Source: Trichosphaerium sp. ATCC 40318 (lineage: Eukaryota; Protista; Tubulinea). From it: a DNA stretch of 64,000 bases. This document shows positions 1-13,200 of this stretch, piece by piece (within the stretch, counting starts at the first letter, position 1; the number at the start of each line of letters is the position of its first letter). The notes under the pieces are model-generated. The model searched no databases and was not told the origin of the DNA. It was given only the letters and a program-made list of their open reading frames with translations. The stretch is taken from the NCBI GenBank assembly GCA_038496445.1, contig JALMLS010000612.1:62001-126000 (forward strand), given 5' to 3'. The position numbers and the translations under genes were made by a program.

Positions 1-780
1 CCTACAACAAAAACAACATTTACTGTTAGGATAGACGGAGATATTGTGACACTTCCACTCAACACAACGTTCGACGAGATAGAGGTCATATTCCTAAATG
101 GTGCATTACCAATCAATGTTTCTCATTGTTGTTTGAATAGTTGATCCATACGCTAATGACTCGCCATACCAGTAATTAACAGGCCTAAAACTTGTAAAAT
201 AGAGCTGTTGCCATTGTCCGAATATCTCTCGGATTAGCGTTACATACATTTGAAACCTGCTTTGATTCTATTCTTCGAAATGGTAACTTCACATTATTCA
301 CGTATGCACGACCGTGCATAGCTAGTATTGATGTTGAAGTTAAAAGCCCAGAGCTGTGAATGAACAAATACTTATCCTAACCGTCATAAACATGACAACA
401 TTTATTAAAACAGTTTAGCAAAAGTTATCGGAGTTTGTAATATACAAAGTTCCCTAACTTCCCCCAAAGGGATTGTTGTCACGTGACACCCAGACACTGT
501 ATTACTACCGTGAGGGTTTTTGTTGACAGCACCGTTTTGAACAGTGTAATATCTGCAACTATGCTACGTATAGCACGAGATGTATCAGTTTGAACTGAAT
601 TGGATTTAATCACCAGTCTAGCTTACGCTATTAGGATAGTATTTCACTATCTACCAACATCACTGGGAGTGTTGTCACACAATTTCCCCAGCAGCACAAC
701 GTATTGATTGGGGAATAGTGATCAGCTATTATTATTTGAACCCATTGCTGGCCAACGCTATTAATTGCTTGCTGGGGTGA
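1..780 (-). CDS. Probable multi-exon gene, unknown (possibly extracellular) protein, running off the left edge
   Basis: Short open minus-strand segments (e.g. TLIGNAPFRNMTSISSNVVLSGSVTISPS; ORF 185-367) flanked by GT/AG-like sites; no recognisable domain and start not located. Confidence 0.3.
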
Positions 781-1173
781 TTACAATACCACTGTGGATA
801 TAATCCATGGGTCCGGCACCCTTACGATGGATGTGAGATGCAAAGGCTTTTTATTTGTGGTTGCACGAGCATATTTTTATTGTGGTTTGCTGTAAGCGCT
901 CATGAAAGGCCTAATTGACTTGCTAGAAGCTTCTTAGGCAAACAGCGTTTGAAAGCGTGCTAATTTAAGTTGTTTGCAACATGGAGAGGCTAATCATTAC
1001 TGCAGATGATAGTTAGCTCTACTAACAGACATGGGGTAATAATTGGCGCAGTCTTACATTATAGGAAGAAAAATTCGGTGGTCGAATAAATCAAACATTT
1101 TTTAGTGCAATTTGTGTAATATTCTAGTATTTATTTTGTAAATAACGCTTTTTTTTTGACATGGATTGATTTC

Positions 1174-3136
1174 TCACAAGTTCCTGTATTGTTCATAGGT
1201 GAAGTTTTCAAATGGATTTTCTTTTGCAGTGTCTTCAGTAAACTGCGGTTCTCTTAAGAAACGCCTATCAACTTTTGAAGGTGGAATTCCTGTTTTTGCT
1301 TCTCTAGTATTTAAGATATCAAATGCGTCATCCTTTGTTTGTGGTACGCCTAATGATTTATCCTCATACTTCTTGGGCAGAACGACTGTACCTAAACAGA
1401 ATACTATGAGCTTTCATTGTAACTTTTTATTACATTGCTTTGGCGTACTTGTCGTGTTAGTATTTTGGAGTGTTTGAGGATTGGTTAGCCAAGGAGCGTG
1501 AGCTACTACATCTGGTATGTAAGGTTTTGTAGGTGGAATTCCAGTCCTAATTTCGCGCTTGTTCATCGCTGGGGGATCCAGGGAAACTAAAGGTAAGGGC
1601 GCAGGCTTTGTTGGAGGTATACCTGTTCGAACTTCGCGCATGTTCATGTGAGGGTTGATTGAAGGATTACTCGGCTGTGTTGTTGACACGATATTCGATG
1701 CTAAAAGTTGTGGTTGTGCATCAAAGGATATTAGATGTTCTTCATTGTTTGTTGCTGGAATTTTCTTAGGTTGCAAAAAATCCAAAGCTACCTTTGTAGG
1801 AGGGATACCCGTTCTTGTTTCTTTAGTGGTGGAATTTGTTGTTGAGTTGTTTTTGATAGATAAATTAACAGTGTTTTTAGGTGTTAAGTTTGCGTTCGCA
1901 TGATGCTTATTTTTCATTCCAAGCATGCCTTTATCATGAAGTTCTTTAGGTGCTTGATTTCCGGTACAAATCTATGAAAAAAATTAAAAATACAATTTTC
2001 TCTTGGTTACGTTTATCCACAGAAAAAAAATACTTACTTCGTGCCATACTGTTATTCTTGGTTTTTTGCCGTACAAGATTCTATGGTTGCCAGGAGGAAT
2101 AGAACCTCGTGACATTCTTTTGGTGGCGTATCCACACCACATGACGGCACTTTTTGGATGTATATCTATCCATTGATCATCGATGGGATCGTGAAGCTGT
2201 AAGCCTTTGCTTGTCGAACCGAGATTCAAAGCGAAAAGTCCTTGATTGATTGAGAGTCAGCAAAGTAAAAAAGTCAAGACGAGAGAAAAGTATACCTGGG
2301 TCATTGTGTGCAATGCAGTTCATTGGAGGGATACTTCGTTTCTATCCATAATGGTTAGCAACAAAACGGCGTTTCATGAGATCACGTGCCGTGTTGCTAT
2401 TGTAGTAATGAGCGAAATCAAGCATGCCATACTTTGGTTTTGTATCATTGGTTTCGAGCATTGGTAACTTCTCACGTTTCCACAAATCTGATACACTACA
2501 TCCAAAGAGAGTCTCGCACAAAGCATACATCATCTGATACATTATCGAGTCTGTTAAACGGCTTAATCTAGCTAGAGTATCTTGCAGTTCGGGTGGATAC
2601 AAAGCTGTGTCGATGTATCTGTACGAAAGTGAGAATTATTGTAATCATGCTAAACATTGCTTTTTATGCTATGAATGTGTACCTTCCTGTGAGTATACGG
2701 AAGCTTTCTTTATGGGGCACAGCTACATAAAAAATAGTTAGCACGTTGGCGAACTTTATTTGAAAAACCCAAAATGGTGCTAACGGTTTTTCAACGGTTT
2801 GGGTAATATAAATTTAAATATGGACATAGTACCATTGTAACCCATTACTGTGGGATAGTGAAAGGATTCTTTATGGGATTTAGTGCGTTTGAAGAATAGC
2901 TCAGCCGCGTTCAGGCTAGACATTGTAATCTGTTTTAAATGTTCCGGTAGGTTCATCACAGCCCATCCACGACGTTTTAGTAATCTGTGAAGCTTGGTTA
3001 TTTCTGCTGTATCTTGATTTAGTATTTTAATGAGCTCTATGGGTCCTACATGCGCCTAGATGCTGTTAACACAAAATAACTACTGATTCTGTAATACCAG
3101 AGTACCACCTTGACCCACAAGGCTTGATGCTTTCAT
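1174..3136 (-). CDS. 2OG-Fe(II) oxygenase (IPNS/DIOX-like) with a long C-terminal tail carrying repeated (R/K)ExRTGIPP(T/S)K motifs
   Basis: Spliced exons give DIOX_N-like LLKRRGWAVM...FFKRTKSHK, an HxD iron motif CIAHNDPG (~2297-2320), GLQL..DQWI and a distal His/Arg GNHRILYGKKPRIT; the tail (ORF 1414-1926 plus last exon 1174-1391) has 4 clear repeats; start exon tentative. Confidence 0.8.
1270..1824 (-). repeat. Dispersed coding repeat: KETRTGIPPTK, REVRTGIPPTK, REIRTGIPPTK, (degenerate KSLGVPQTK), REAKTGIPPSK
   Basis: Copies at ~1792-1824, ~1606-1638, ~1525-1557, ~1333-1360 and ~1273-1305; amino acids conserved while third codon positions differ. Confidence 0.85.
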
Positions 3137-3418
3137 AACGCTAGGACGTACTGTCACGGTGTTTTTTTTGCCTTTTGAAAATTCAGCGAAAATGAAGCTT
3201 AACCATTCGAAAGTGTACAAGGTTCTCAGTTAGAGTGAATAACAGATACGCTATGTAAACAGTTTATGCGCTATGAAGATCATACTGAGTCCAGTCTAGC
3301 AAGTAGTTTTTTCTTTACAGTTTGACTGGTTTTTAAGCCAGCCCCTTGCCCGTTTTGACAAGGATCGCGTGTTGATACAAAAAAAGAAGTAACTCAGTGC
3401 CATGATAATAAATTATAT

Positions 3419-3580
3419 GCATTGCTGCTCGGATAGTCCCCTCGCTTAATTGGTGCAATGGCTGCGGCTGGAGTGATTTGAGAAATGGGGGTGTGATAAC
3501 CCATGCGACCAGTGAATCTTCGACTGGTGCGCAATGGGTTGGCTAGCTATATGCTTGAGCCATAATCGAACGAGATTACT
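3419..3580. ncRNA. Candidate structured non-coding RNA (series of hairpins) between the oxygenase and HSP70 starts
   Basis: GC-richer island with stems cattgc/gcaatg, aacccat-gcg-accagt-gaa/ttc-actggt-cgc-atgggtt (3498-3540), ggct-agc/gct-agcc and taatc/gatta; family not recognised. Confidence 0.35.
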
Positions 3581-4076
3581 TTTAAGCATAATTTCAGTTT
3601 TGTACATGGCGTATTTCTAACAAAGAATTGTGGGATTGAACCAAACAATGAAAACCAATAAAATAGAAATTTAACTGATTTTGATGCGGTCTTAAAACTC
3701 GGTTCTGCTGCCACAGTGTTGTTTGCCGTGTCTGAGGTGGCTTTGGCGATGTTACAAACTATTCACAAAGGCAAACTGGTAAATCAAACAAGCGTTCAAA
3801 AGCATCAACTTTTGTTTTCAAAAATAGTTATTTTTGTTTGGTACAATTCTCTTTGTCGCGTTAGGCAAGTGAATACTGTACCCCAAAAAAAAGTTCAGTG
3901 AACACACAAAGATAGATTTTAGAACAATAGTCGAGATAACATTCGATAAGTTTCAGCTGGGATTTAGTGGAAATTCCACAGAAATCTCGTTGATTTTCGC
4001 ACTTCTCATAAAGAATCGCTTCAAAAACAACATCATTATTTAAAAAACAATACAAACAACACAACAAAACATCAAC

Positions 4077-5993
4077 ATGACTCAATCTACAAAAATAACT
4101 GGACCATGCATCGGCATTGACCTCGGAACGACATATTCTTGTGTCGGTCACTACAACAATGGTAAAGTCGATATCATCGCCAATGACAACGGTAACAGAA
4201 CAACTCCAAGTTATGTTTCGTTTGGAGATACAGAACGTCTTATTGGTGAAGCGGCAAAGAACCAAGCAGCAATGAATCCAGCCAACACTGTTTTTGATGC
4301 AAAGAGATTGATTGGACGTAAATTCAATGACCAGTCAGTTCAGAGCGATGCCAAACACTGGGCCTTCAAAGTTATCAACAAAGACGGAAAGCCACACGTT
4401 CAAGTCACTTTCAAAAATCAACTCAAGACATTTACACCAGAAGAAATCAGCGCCATGGTACTTTCAAAGATGAAGCAAACAGCGGAGAACTACCTTGGAC
4501 AGAAAGTCACAGATGCCGTTGTCACAGTCCCTGCCTATTTTAACGACGCCCAGCGTAAGTCTACAAAAGACGCTGGTATCATTGCAGGGCTCAATATCCG
4601 AAGAATTATCAACGAACCTACAGCGGCAGCACTTGCTTATGGACTCGACACAGCAAACAAAGGCGAGAGAAATGTTCTAGTTTTTGATTTGGGTGGTGGT
4701 ACTTTTGATGTCAGTCTTTTGACCCTCGATGAAGGTGTCACTGAGGTACGCGCCACAGCTGGCAATACTCATTTGGGTGGCGAAGATTTTGACAACAGAG
4801 TCGTTGATCATTTCATCAAAGAGTTCAAACGCAAACACAACCTCGATATTTCAAACAACGACCGTGCCCTAAGGCGTCTCCGTACAGCATGTGAACGCGC
4901 AAAGAGAACACTTTCAAATGCTACAATGGCATCTATCGAAATTGACGCGCTATATCAAGGCACAGACTTTTTTACGAAACTTTCAAGAGCGCGTTTTGAG
5001 GAGCTCAACATGGATCTTTTCAAGCAAACTCTTCAACCAGTTGAACAAGTTCTCAGAGATGCCAAGATGGACAAACACAGTATTCACGAAATCATTCTGG
5101 TTGGCGGATCTACGCGTATTCCAAAAATACAGAAGATGCTCTCTGATTATTTCAACGGAAAGAAACTCAACAAATCTATCAATCCAGATGAAGCCGTTGC
5201 TTATGGTGCCGCTGTTCAAGCTGCGATCATTGCTGGCAAAAAAGACAAAATATTGGACGACATTGTTCTCATTGATGTCGCTCCTTTGAGTATGGGATTG
5301 GAGACCGCAGGTGGTATCATGACGACTCTAATTCCAAGAAACACGAAAATACCAACCACCAAAGAACAACATTTCACTACAGCTGCCGATAACCAACCAG
5401 CCGTTGCAATTCAAGTGTTTGAAGGAGAAAGAAGGTTCACAAAGGACAACAGAGCACTTGGTCAATTCAACCTGACGAACATTCCTCCAGCTCCTCGTGG
5501 TGTACCAAAGATAACAGTATCTTATTCCATTGACTCAAACGGTATTCTCACAGTGAGTGCTAAAGACGAAGCAAATGGTAACTCAAAGAGTATCGAGATT
5601 CAAGCGCAAACAGGCAATCTGACAAAAGAAGATATTGATAGAATGGTTGCCGAAGCTGAGAAATTCAAAGAAGATGATGAGAAAGCATTACAACGTGTGG
5701 AAGCAAAGAATAACCTCGAGAATTACGCTTTCCATGCACGCTCTACACTTGAAGAAAAGAATATAAAGGAGAAACTTGCACCAGAGGAGATATCCACACT
5801 TGAAGAAGAAGTCTTGGATGCAATTCGATTTACTGAAAACAATCCAAACGAAAGTGCTGATACATACAACACAAGGCGTACTCAACTAGAAGAGAAGGTC
5901 AACAAAGTAATGGCAAAGATTCATCAAGCATCGAATCAACCAAATGCCGGTGCTGGAGAGCCAAAACAACCAACTGTAGAAGAAGTTGAATAA
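4077..5993 (+). CDS. HSP70: Cytosolic-type heat shock protein 70, intronless
   Basis: 638-aa ORF with [44 protein letters not shown]; ends PTVEEVE. Confidence 0.98.
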   Translation: MTQSTKITGPCIGIDLGTTYSCVGHYNNGKVDIIANDNGNRTTPSYVSFGDTERLIGEAAKNQAAMNPANTVFDAKRLIGRKFNDQSVQSDAKHWAFKVINKDGKPHVQVTFKNQLKTFTPEEISAMVLSKMKQTAENYLGQKVTDAVVTVPAYFNDAQRKSTKDAGIIAGLNIRRIINEPTAAALAYGLDTANKGERNVLVFDLGGGTFDVSLLTLDEGVTEVRATAGNTHLGGEDFDNRVVDHFIKEFKRKHNLDISNNDRALRRLRTACERAKRTLSNATMASIEIDALYQGTDFFTKLSRARFEELNMDLFKQTLQPVEQVLRDAKMDKHSIHEIILVGGSTRIPKIQKMLSDYFNGKKLNKSINPDEAVAYGAAVQAAIIAGKKDKILDDIVLIDVAPLSMGLETAGGIMTTLIPRNTKIPTTKEQHFTTAADNQPAVAIQVFEGERRFTKDNRALGQFNLTNIPPAPRGVPKITVSYSIDSNGILTVSAKDEANGNSKSIEIQAQTGNLTKEDIDRMVAEAEKFKEDDEKALQRVEAKNNLENYAFHARSTLEEKNIKEKLAPEEISTLEEEVLDAIRFTENNPNESADTYNTRRTQLEEKVNKVMAKIHQASNQPNAGAGEPKQPTVEEVE

Positions 5994-6257
5994 ATGTAAT
6001 ATAACCCTTAGAATCTCTTCATTTTCTTCTTTTTTTTCTTATCTCGAACGCATTCAAAATTTAATCTATGTAGTTAGTTAGTACTGTTCAAACTTACCCT
6101 TTTCTTCATTTAAAAGTACTTTGGGTTTTTTTCACCTCTATGTAAATGATCAAGCCTTCACGACCTCGACCAATCTTTTATAGGAAGTACGTTGAACCAT
6201 GTAGCATGTACAATTTGCACTGTTAAAAAACGCAATCTACAAAGAGAGTGATTTATT

Positions 6258-6974
6258 TCAATGAATAGCTACATTGGTCGCTTCAGTAGTACAATTCCAC
6301 GTTCCATCTGGTAGATACTGTGTAAAACCGACAGTATCTGGATTTGTTAAATCATATTGACATCCAGGTAAAGTTGTACCAGGTGTTTTCACCAAATACT
6401 TGTTCGTGGTTTCCAAACGAACGCTTAAATTAGGATATGGTGTTGCTTTAGACCATACAGCGTAGTTGAAATTGTCTTCCTTCTTCCATGCAAGGCCAAC
6501 AGAGAAAGGAAATTGAGAAGGAAGAAAGGGAGGAAAGTTGACGATAACAGAGTTATTGTCATTTGGCCTTGGAGGGTCATCTGTTATCTCTAGATTAAAG
6601 CTTGATTGTATGATGCTCACTTGGTATGTACGTCCTGGTTGTAGAGGTAGATGGGAGGAAACAGAGTCTCCTTTAAGAAAACGTTAACTATTTAATGAAA
6701 AGCGGTTATTTAACATTGCAGACGCACCTAGCGACACGTAAAGGTAGTCTTGTGTATTGTAGGGTTTAAAACGCCATAAAAATCCTACTGGTAGTTTTTG
6801 TGAATAGCCAGCTGGTTTATTGGCTGCTGGGGTTGCTCCTCGGTAAGTCACGAACCGAAATATCTCAAAAGTGAACGTTGATGCGCTGTTATTTCGCACT
6901 ACTAGCTGTACACCATCCGTGAGGATAACCACAGAGAATATGGCAAAGATTACTACACCTGCACGGAATGTCAT
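6258..6974 (-). CDS. Small secreted protein of unknown function (2 exons)
   Basis: Signal-peptide-like MTFRAGVVIFAIFSVVILTDG; ORFs 6684-7073 and 6258-6620 join across a short intron near 6675-6735. Confidence 0.6.
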
Positions 6975-7226
6975 AACACTTTTGGTGTTTTTAAGCTCTT
7001 TCCTTGACTTAACATTCAATTCAAAACCGTTCGTTCCTGCCTCCCAATAACAAATTATGAACTTCAGATGCAACGCAAACGAGTGGTTAATATTAAGAGA
7101 ACGCCATTCTCCTTATGGTTAGGTATTTGGAAGCCACGAAGCCTTTTTACTTTAAGATTTATTTCTCGTTTTTTTCTTTTTTTCTTCAAATTACAAATTA
7201 AGCTAGATCTCGTATATGCTTGTTTA

Positions 7227-10200
7227 CTATGTCATAGCTGTCCCTTTAGAAGCGCTTTCACGTCTCCAAAATGTGAAAAATCCGCTCTTTGGACGTTGCT
7301 GTGTTGATCTCTTTGTGTTGATCAATTTGCTCACTAAATCGTCTTTGTATTTCCATTTTTGAACTTTAGCAAGCTGTATACGATGAAGGCGCTTGGCTGT
7401 GAATGTAAAGTCAATTGATTCAAGAAGAACTGATTGATCTACATTATAAGCAGGGTCTAGTACAATAGCAGACATAACATTATCTAGGAAGGAACTTAAT
7501 CAAGAACAACGCAACAACAAGCATAAAAAAAACTGGAGTAAAAACATGTGCAATGCCACTTTTTTTTGTAGTCTTCAGCCTTTTTGTACCTGGTATAGGA
7601 GTATCGAACTCGTCGCAATTTAGGTTATACATCGAAAATACTTGTTTGAGTTGTACAAGTGTCAAATCAGGACAGATACCTTTCGAGTTTGTTAAGTAAA
7701 CCACATAAGATATTCTTGGGTACCTTTTTTGAATGATGGCTTTATGACATTGGCTTTATTAGAAAGAGCGAGCAGACACGTAAGTTGGTAAGTTTCTTTC
7801 ATGTATTCTTCCATTTTCGGTATCATTTTCGTTCCTAGTAGTACGTGAGCAAAAGTTCAGTTCACCCGTATACTAAATTTCTCTCACCTTTGTCAAGGTT
7901 TGTTAGCTCTGCGTTCAGTAGACTGAGGTGCATCTTAGTCTTTACAGCAACAGGGAACGAGCATAGATCACGATGAAGTAGTATTGTATTAAATATAATC
8001 TGGTTCATCAGTGAAAACATTTGAGCAAAGAACTGAGAAGCAATACTACTTTGAACACGACTTCTCTACACAAAAAAAGTTAACGGATCATTTAGCTCAC
8101 AGCCACCGAGTGAAGCGTACCTGTAGGTAAGCCAAATACCTCTTCAAATATAATTTAATGTTATCTACAGATGCTTGAGCATTGCCACTTACGAGGTGCA
8201 AGAGCTAAGGAACGTTTAAGAATTAATGTTTTGTTTTTTTTGCAAATTATGGAGGTATGTACGTGTGGCTTTATGCTTGATATGAGCTTGTTACCCATCG
8301 AAGAGAATGTACGCAGTAGTAACCTGCCAAGTGTGTATATCATTTTTTTAATTCTATTCTCAGCCAGTTCGTCTCTTGCTAGTCCTGGACGCTCCACTGC
8401 CAAGCTCTAAAAAGGTACCATTAACAAACACGAATTTCGTCCTTTTGTAACATACTTGGCGAATGAGATGTAGTAGAGATGCTACTGTACTCAACCAGAA
8501 AGCCATTAAGGCAGAATCTTGTTCACTAGCCTTTAAGGAGTTGTTAGAATCTAAAGTGCAAAAAGTATGCTGTTTACCTTGATGCTCTCATTTAATGCCT
8601 TTGGTACATAGGATAGTATACGAGATGACTGTAGTACGGTACTTTGATCACCTGTAGTTAAGCACTTCCAATAAACCAAGCATCTGAAAATTACAAAAGC
8701 AGGTGTAGGTATTTCGTTAACGAAACAAAACTCTCCATTCTCCTCTAGTAAAAAAATTAGTTCCAAAAAATAACCACAAACAATGTTTTGTCAAAAAAAC
8801 TCTGTTGTAAAAGTGGTTTGTACCGAACTGACAACGAATCGCATTATCTACCAGCATCTTCTGAGAAGTAAAGCCAGTTGACCCCAATTCAGATTCTAAC
8901 GTCTTAGTTATATAAGCTTCAGTATTGGCTTTCTAAACAGAAACCAAATGTAAGTAAATAAATAAAATGATTTTGCAATTACCGAAAGAGTTTCATGCTT
9001 GGCAAACCCGTTTCCAGTATTTCCATTTGAACCATTCGAAGGACTGTCAAATACATTCCTTACATCACGCCTTTGGCGTAAGGTTTTTATTAGCTTATCA
9101 TTCTCTCTACGAAGTGTAGCTAACTTATCAATAAGAGAAGCTTGATTCTTATCCTAATTCGTCGTTAAATTAGTGCACAAGGGATACTCGGCACTGGGTC
9201 AAAAAAACAAGTTAAAGAGTTTATCCTGACTACAACGCTGAAAAATCGCGTTCTCAGTCTAGATTGTAGGTGACAGGCGATGCAAAACGATTTTCTTTTG
9301 ACAGTTGTTTGTTCGTTTTTTTTTGGCGTACGTCAAGTTTGTCATCTTGGTCCGTGAGTCCTCTTCCTTGTCTGTTACCAACAGTAGCATATTGAGCTGC
9401 CGAAAAACTTGGTTTCTCATGCATTGATGTGATATCTACAGATGTAGGTCGACGAGATTTTGTTGTCTTTAGAGTATTGTATTTATCTGCAAGGCTCTTG
9501 TACTTTGCACGCCAAAGGTGAGCTTCTTCTTTGTTTTCATCACCAGCATCAGGAGATGCAATAGAAACACGTTTCTTAGACTTACTTTCCTTTGTATCAT
9601 CGTCATCAGAGTTGTTAGACAAGAGGAAATTATCTTCAGTTGGTGGAGACTCAAGAGCACGTCTTGGTTTAGGAGACTCAAACATAGTCATCAATGATGA
9701 TTTCTTCTTTTTGTGTGAAGATTCCTTTTTGATTGGCTTCTCGTCATCAACTAGAACATCTATCTGGTCTTCATGATGTGCTACTGATCGTTCACGTGCT
9801 TCTTCAAGGCGCGAAATGTGTTCAGCGCGTTGAATTTCTTGTTCTTCGCGCCATTGCTCCTCTCTTTCGTTTGACTCATTTCTTAGCTTGTCTAGCTCGT
9901 CTTGATGCTCTTGCTTTAACCTTTCTATTTCTGCTTGATGCATACGCTTCATTTCTTCCATTTCTTTTTGTAAAGAAATGATTTGTTCATCCTTATCGTC
10001 AAGTTGCGCTTCAAACTTTGCTGTTTTCTCCTCAAATACTTCGGCTGTTTCATTTTTCTCACGCTTGGACTCTTCAAGTTCATTCCTGGCTTTCTCCAGT
10101 AATCCTTTTAACCTTTCATCAGCCTATTGCGTGAGTCAAAAGAATCCTTCTAATTTTTGGAAAGGAAAGAAAGAAATAACAAAGAAAGTTCTTGCTTGTT

Positions 10201-13200
10201 AGTGCGTATTTTTATATACCTGACTTTGCTTCTTTTTGATCTCCGCCTTCTCTTTTTGTTCAGCTTCAATTCGAAGTGCTTTTGCCTTATACATTTCTAG
10301 CTCTTCCTCAATTCTTCTCTTTTCTTCAGCTTCTGTCTGGAACTTTGTTTCAAGCAACTGTGCACGCTTTTCAAGCTGTCTTTTTTGCTGTACAATATTT
10401 GAAAGTTGTCTCGCTTCAACCTTAAGTGCACGAAGCAATCGCCTAATACAAATTTAGCTGCCAAACAAACCAAACAAGAAAGAATAAAAGAAGTCGTACA
10501 CTGCTTGTTTACGTCTCCACAAACACTGTGCGTGTACTGCACCTTTTTTCAATCTTGAGAAATACTTCCTGGCAACATAACCACGCCAATGTGCTGAAAT
10601 CGAAGTAGCAGCTCTTTCGCGCCTGTATTCCACCAAAAGGAGCTGGGCATTATGTCTTCGACATGCTGTAAAAACCAAGTCAGTCAAATTGTTAAACTCA
10701 GACTAATATATAACCTTGTTGAAGTAGTAAAGCAGCGTTCAAACATGTGGAGAGGTGTACTCTAGCGTTATACGATCGTACAACCTACGATCAAAATAAG
10801 AAATGGCAGGAACCTATTAAAAGCAAAAACTAAGGCATACAGTTTGCAATGTTGTGGCGGCTTGTGTTTGGCGTTTATCGGACACAAATTCGTATGCTAA
10901 GCTTCTCTTCCATACTGAAAACCATTAGATATTTAGCGCCTTACTTTATGGTACTATGGAAAACCGGACGTACAAGACTGTATCAAATGAATACATCTTT
11001 TGGTTTCAACGTAAATACGCCTCTGTCTGAAGCATCGCCAGTTCTTTTGTATGATTGTCACAGCCTGTGATAATCTCTCTGTTCTTTTTTGTTCTAACTC
11101 AGCGAGTTCACCTTAAATAAAAATAAGAAACAATAATCGCAAATGACACGTACCTGTCTTCATGAAAATCTTTGTAATACCAAATCTAACACGTGCAGGG
11201 TCTAGTCCTATCCTCTCAGCTAGAAGTTCAACTGCGTCTTTGTAACCACTGGCAGTGGGTCGAGGAAAGTTCTTTATGAGGAGGTTATACCTATTACATA
11301 CTGTGAAAAAACAACTCGTAAAAAAAAAACAATTAGTACCGGTTAAAGAAAAAGTCATATTTCCTTCGCGTTGGAAAACCTGCTCTACAAATACGTATTG
11401 ATTCAATAACACCACCACATCTTAGCTGCAACAATGGTTAGACGAAAACATTCCAAGTGACTTAAAAGCCTGAGTACCTGACGAAGAACTGTATTCTTGT
11501 TGAACAACAAAGGTTGTTTTTCTTCGTTGGGCTTAATACATCTAATGTAATGTGGAGAGGTTCCGTGAATAGTCTTCATTAGAGTTGATAAAGAATCCTA
11601 GAGATTACATCAAAGCAAGAAACTACCAAACTACCTGAAAGCTACCTTGAATTGTAATGCAACACTCTGTAATCCATACTTGCGTCCTCGAGATTTTGCT
11701 CCTCGTCTACCACCTTTACGACTAGGAGGAGCTTCCACCTTCTTCTGCACTGGTGCTTTGAGACCTTTGACAAACTTGTTCGCACTCTTTGTTATGAGTA
11801 TAAGTTGTAAAGGAATGACGAAATCTTTGTTCTTTATAAGAAAGGAATCAGATGAATAGGTCACTAAAACTCATGCTTAGTATTCACGTGATAAGAATTC
11901 TTGAAAACCAAAAATTACGTACCATCTCCTGCATAATGTTTGATACCGAACTCCAAGTTAGAGAATCGTGGTTTATAAAAATTAGGCTCTTTGCCAACGT
12001 TATTGTAAAGTTTTCTATGAAAGAAATTTGTAAGCAAAAGTTCTGAAGGGTATGTCTTATGTGAGCGTACTGTGTGAACGTGTCAGCAGTTGCCTAGTGA
12101 GTTGTAAGATTGAGTTTCAAGAGGATGAGTTGAGTGTTACCTTTGGGAAACGACACTCTTCGTCTAATATTTTTAGGATGCCCATAGGTTGTTCTATCAA
12201 GTCCAAGCAAGGTTGGTTATCATTGAACGCAATATCAGTCCATCCAATTTTTTCTTTCTTGTACTCTTCTTGTTCAAGTTTAAATATATGCTAGTCATAA
12301 CATTTGAGTACACCATTTTACATGAATACTTATAAGGTACCTGATTAAATTGTTGTTGAAGTACTTCATTAGCATAGTTGATACAAAATTGTTCAAAGCT
12401 GTTTGTCAGAAACGTTTCAAACCCATAAATATCTAGACAAGAATCAATTGAATGGCGTTTTATAGGCTCATTAATTGTTATGCTGTCTTACCTAGCACGC
12501 CAATAAAGTTCTCCATCTTCCCTGATGTATTGTTTATACTCTTGTTTATACGCAAAACAAGCCTATAGCGTAATGAGATTTTTAGTTAAATCATTTTTTG
12601 GTTTACCAGTCAAATAGTCTGGAGTACAACAACATTGACAATGAATCCCTTGCGCCTTCAGCATCTCCCACCTTAAGTGGCAAAAAGTACACTTCGTTTC
12701 CAGCGCTTACTTTACGCTGTGTGAAAGTTTTTGACATATCAGCAGCAGGCATGCCCTAGTACATAAAACATTTTAGAAACCACAATATTTGGATAGAAAA
12801 CGAACCAATAAGTCTGCAGCAATATTCACGGATTCCTCATTGACTATAACAGCTTCATCATCCGAAGCGGGTTCAAAACTAAGCAGTAAAGTTACATATA
12901 GTCACTGTACAAACATCTATCACGCACGTGATATTACCAATGTGAAGAATTGCAGCCAAAACACTAAAACAAACATTTGAGCAATCTTTCAGAAAAAGGT
13001 TTTGTGGTACCTGAAAATATTTTCTTGCTCCTCTTCTGTAATACCAAGTACTGATAGTGCTTCTATTGTTCTTTCAAATACTTTAGCATCATCAACGTGA
13101 GGAATATCAATATTATCGCTTTGATTTAAATAGTGAAATGTAGAAGCTGTATCAAGTTGAAATTTCTCAAAAAGCTCATCTGATGCTCCGGCACAAAGCT

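Noticed and set aside
3425-3470. Fragments resembling RNase MRP CR-I (GATAGTCCCC), U1 loop II (CATTGCAC, minus strand) and SRP helix 8 (AGG...GAGCAG, minus strand)
   Set aside because: Partner motifs are missing (no MRP CR-V GGGGCT, no U1 ACTTACCTG 5' end, no GNRA loop), so no family was assigned.
3915-4015. Heat-shock elements upstream of HSP70
   Set aside because: Only degenerate units (TAAcaTTCgaTAAgtTTC); too weak to call.
3861-5885. Overlapping and antisense ORFs around HSP70
   Set aside because: Shadow frames of the HSP70 coding sequence with no independent features.
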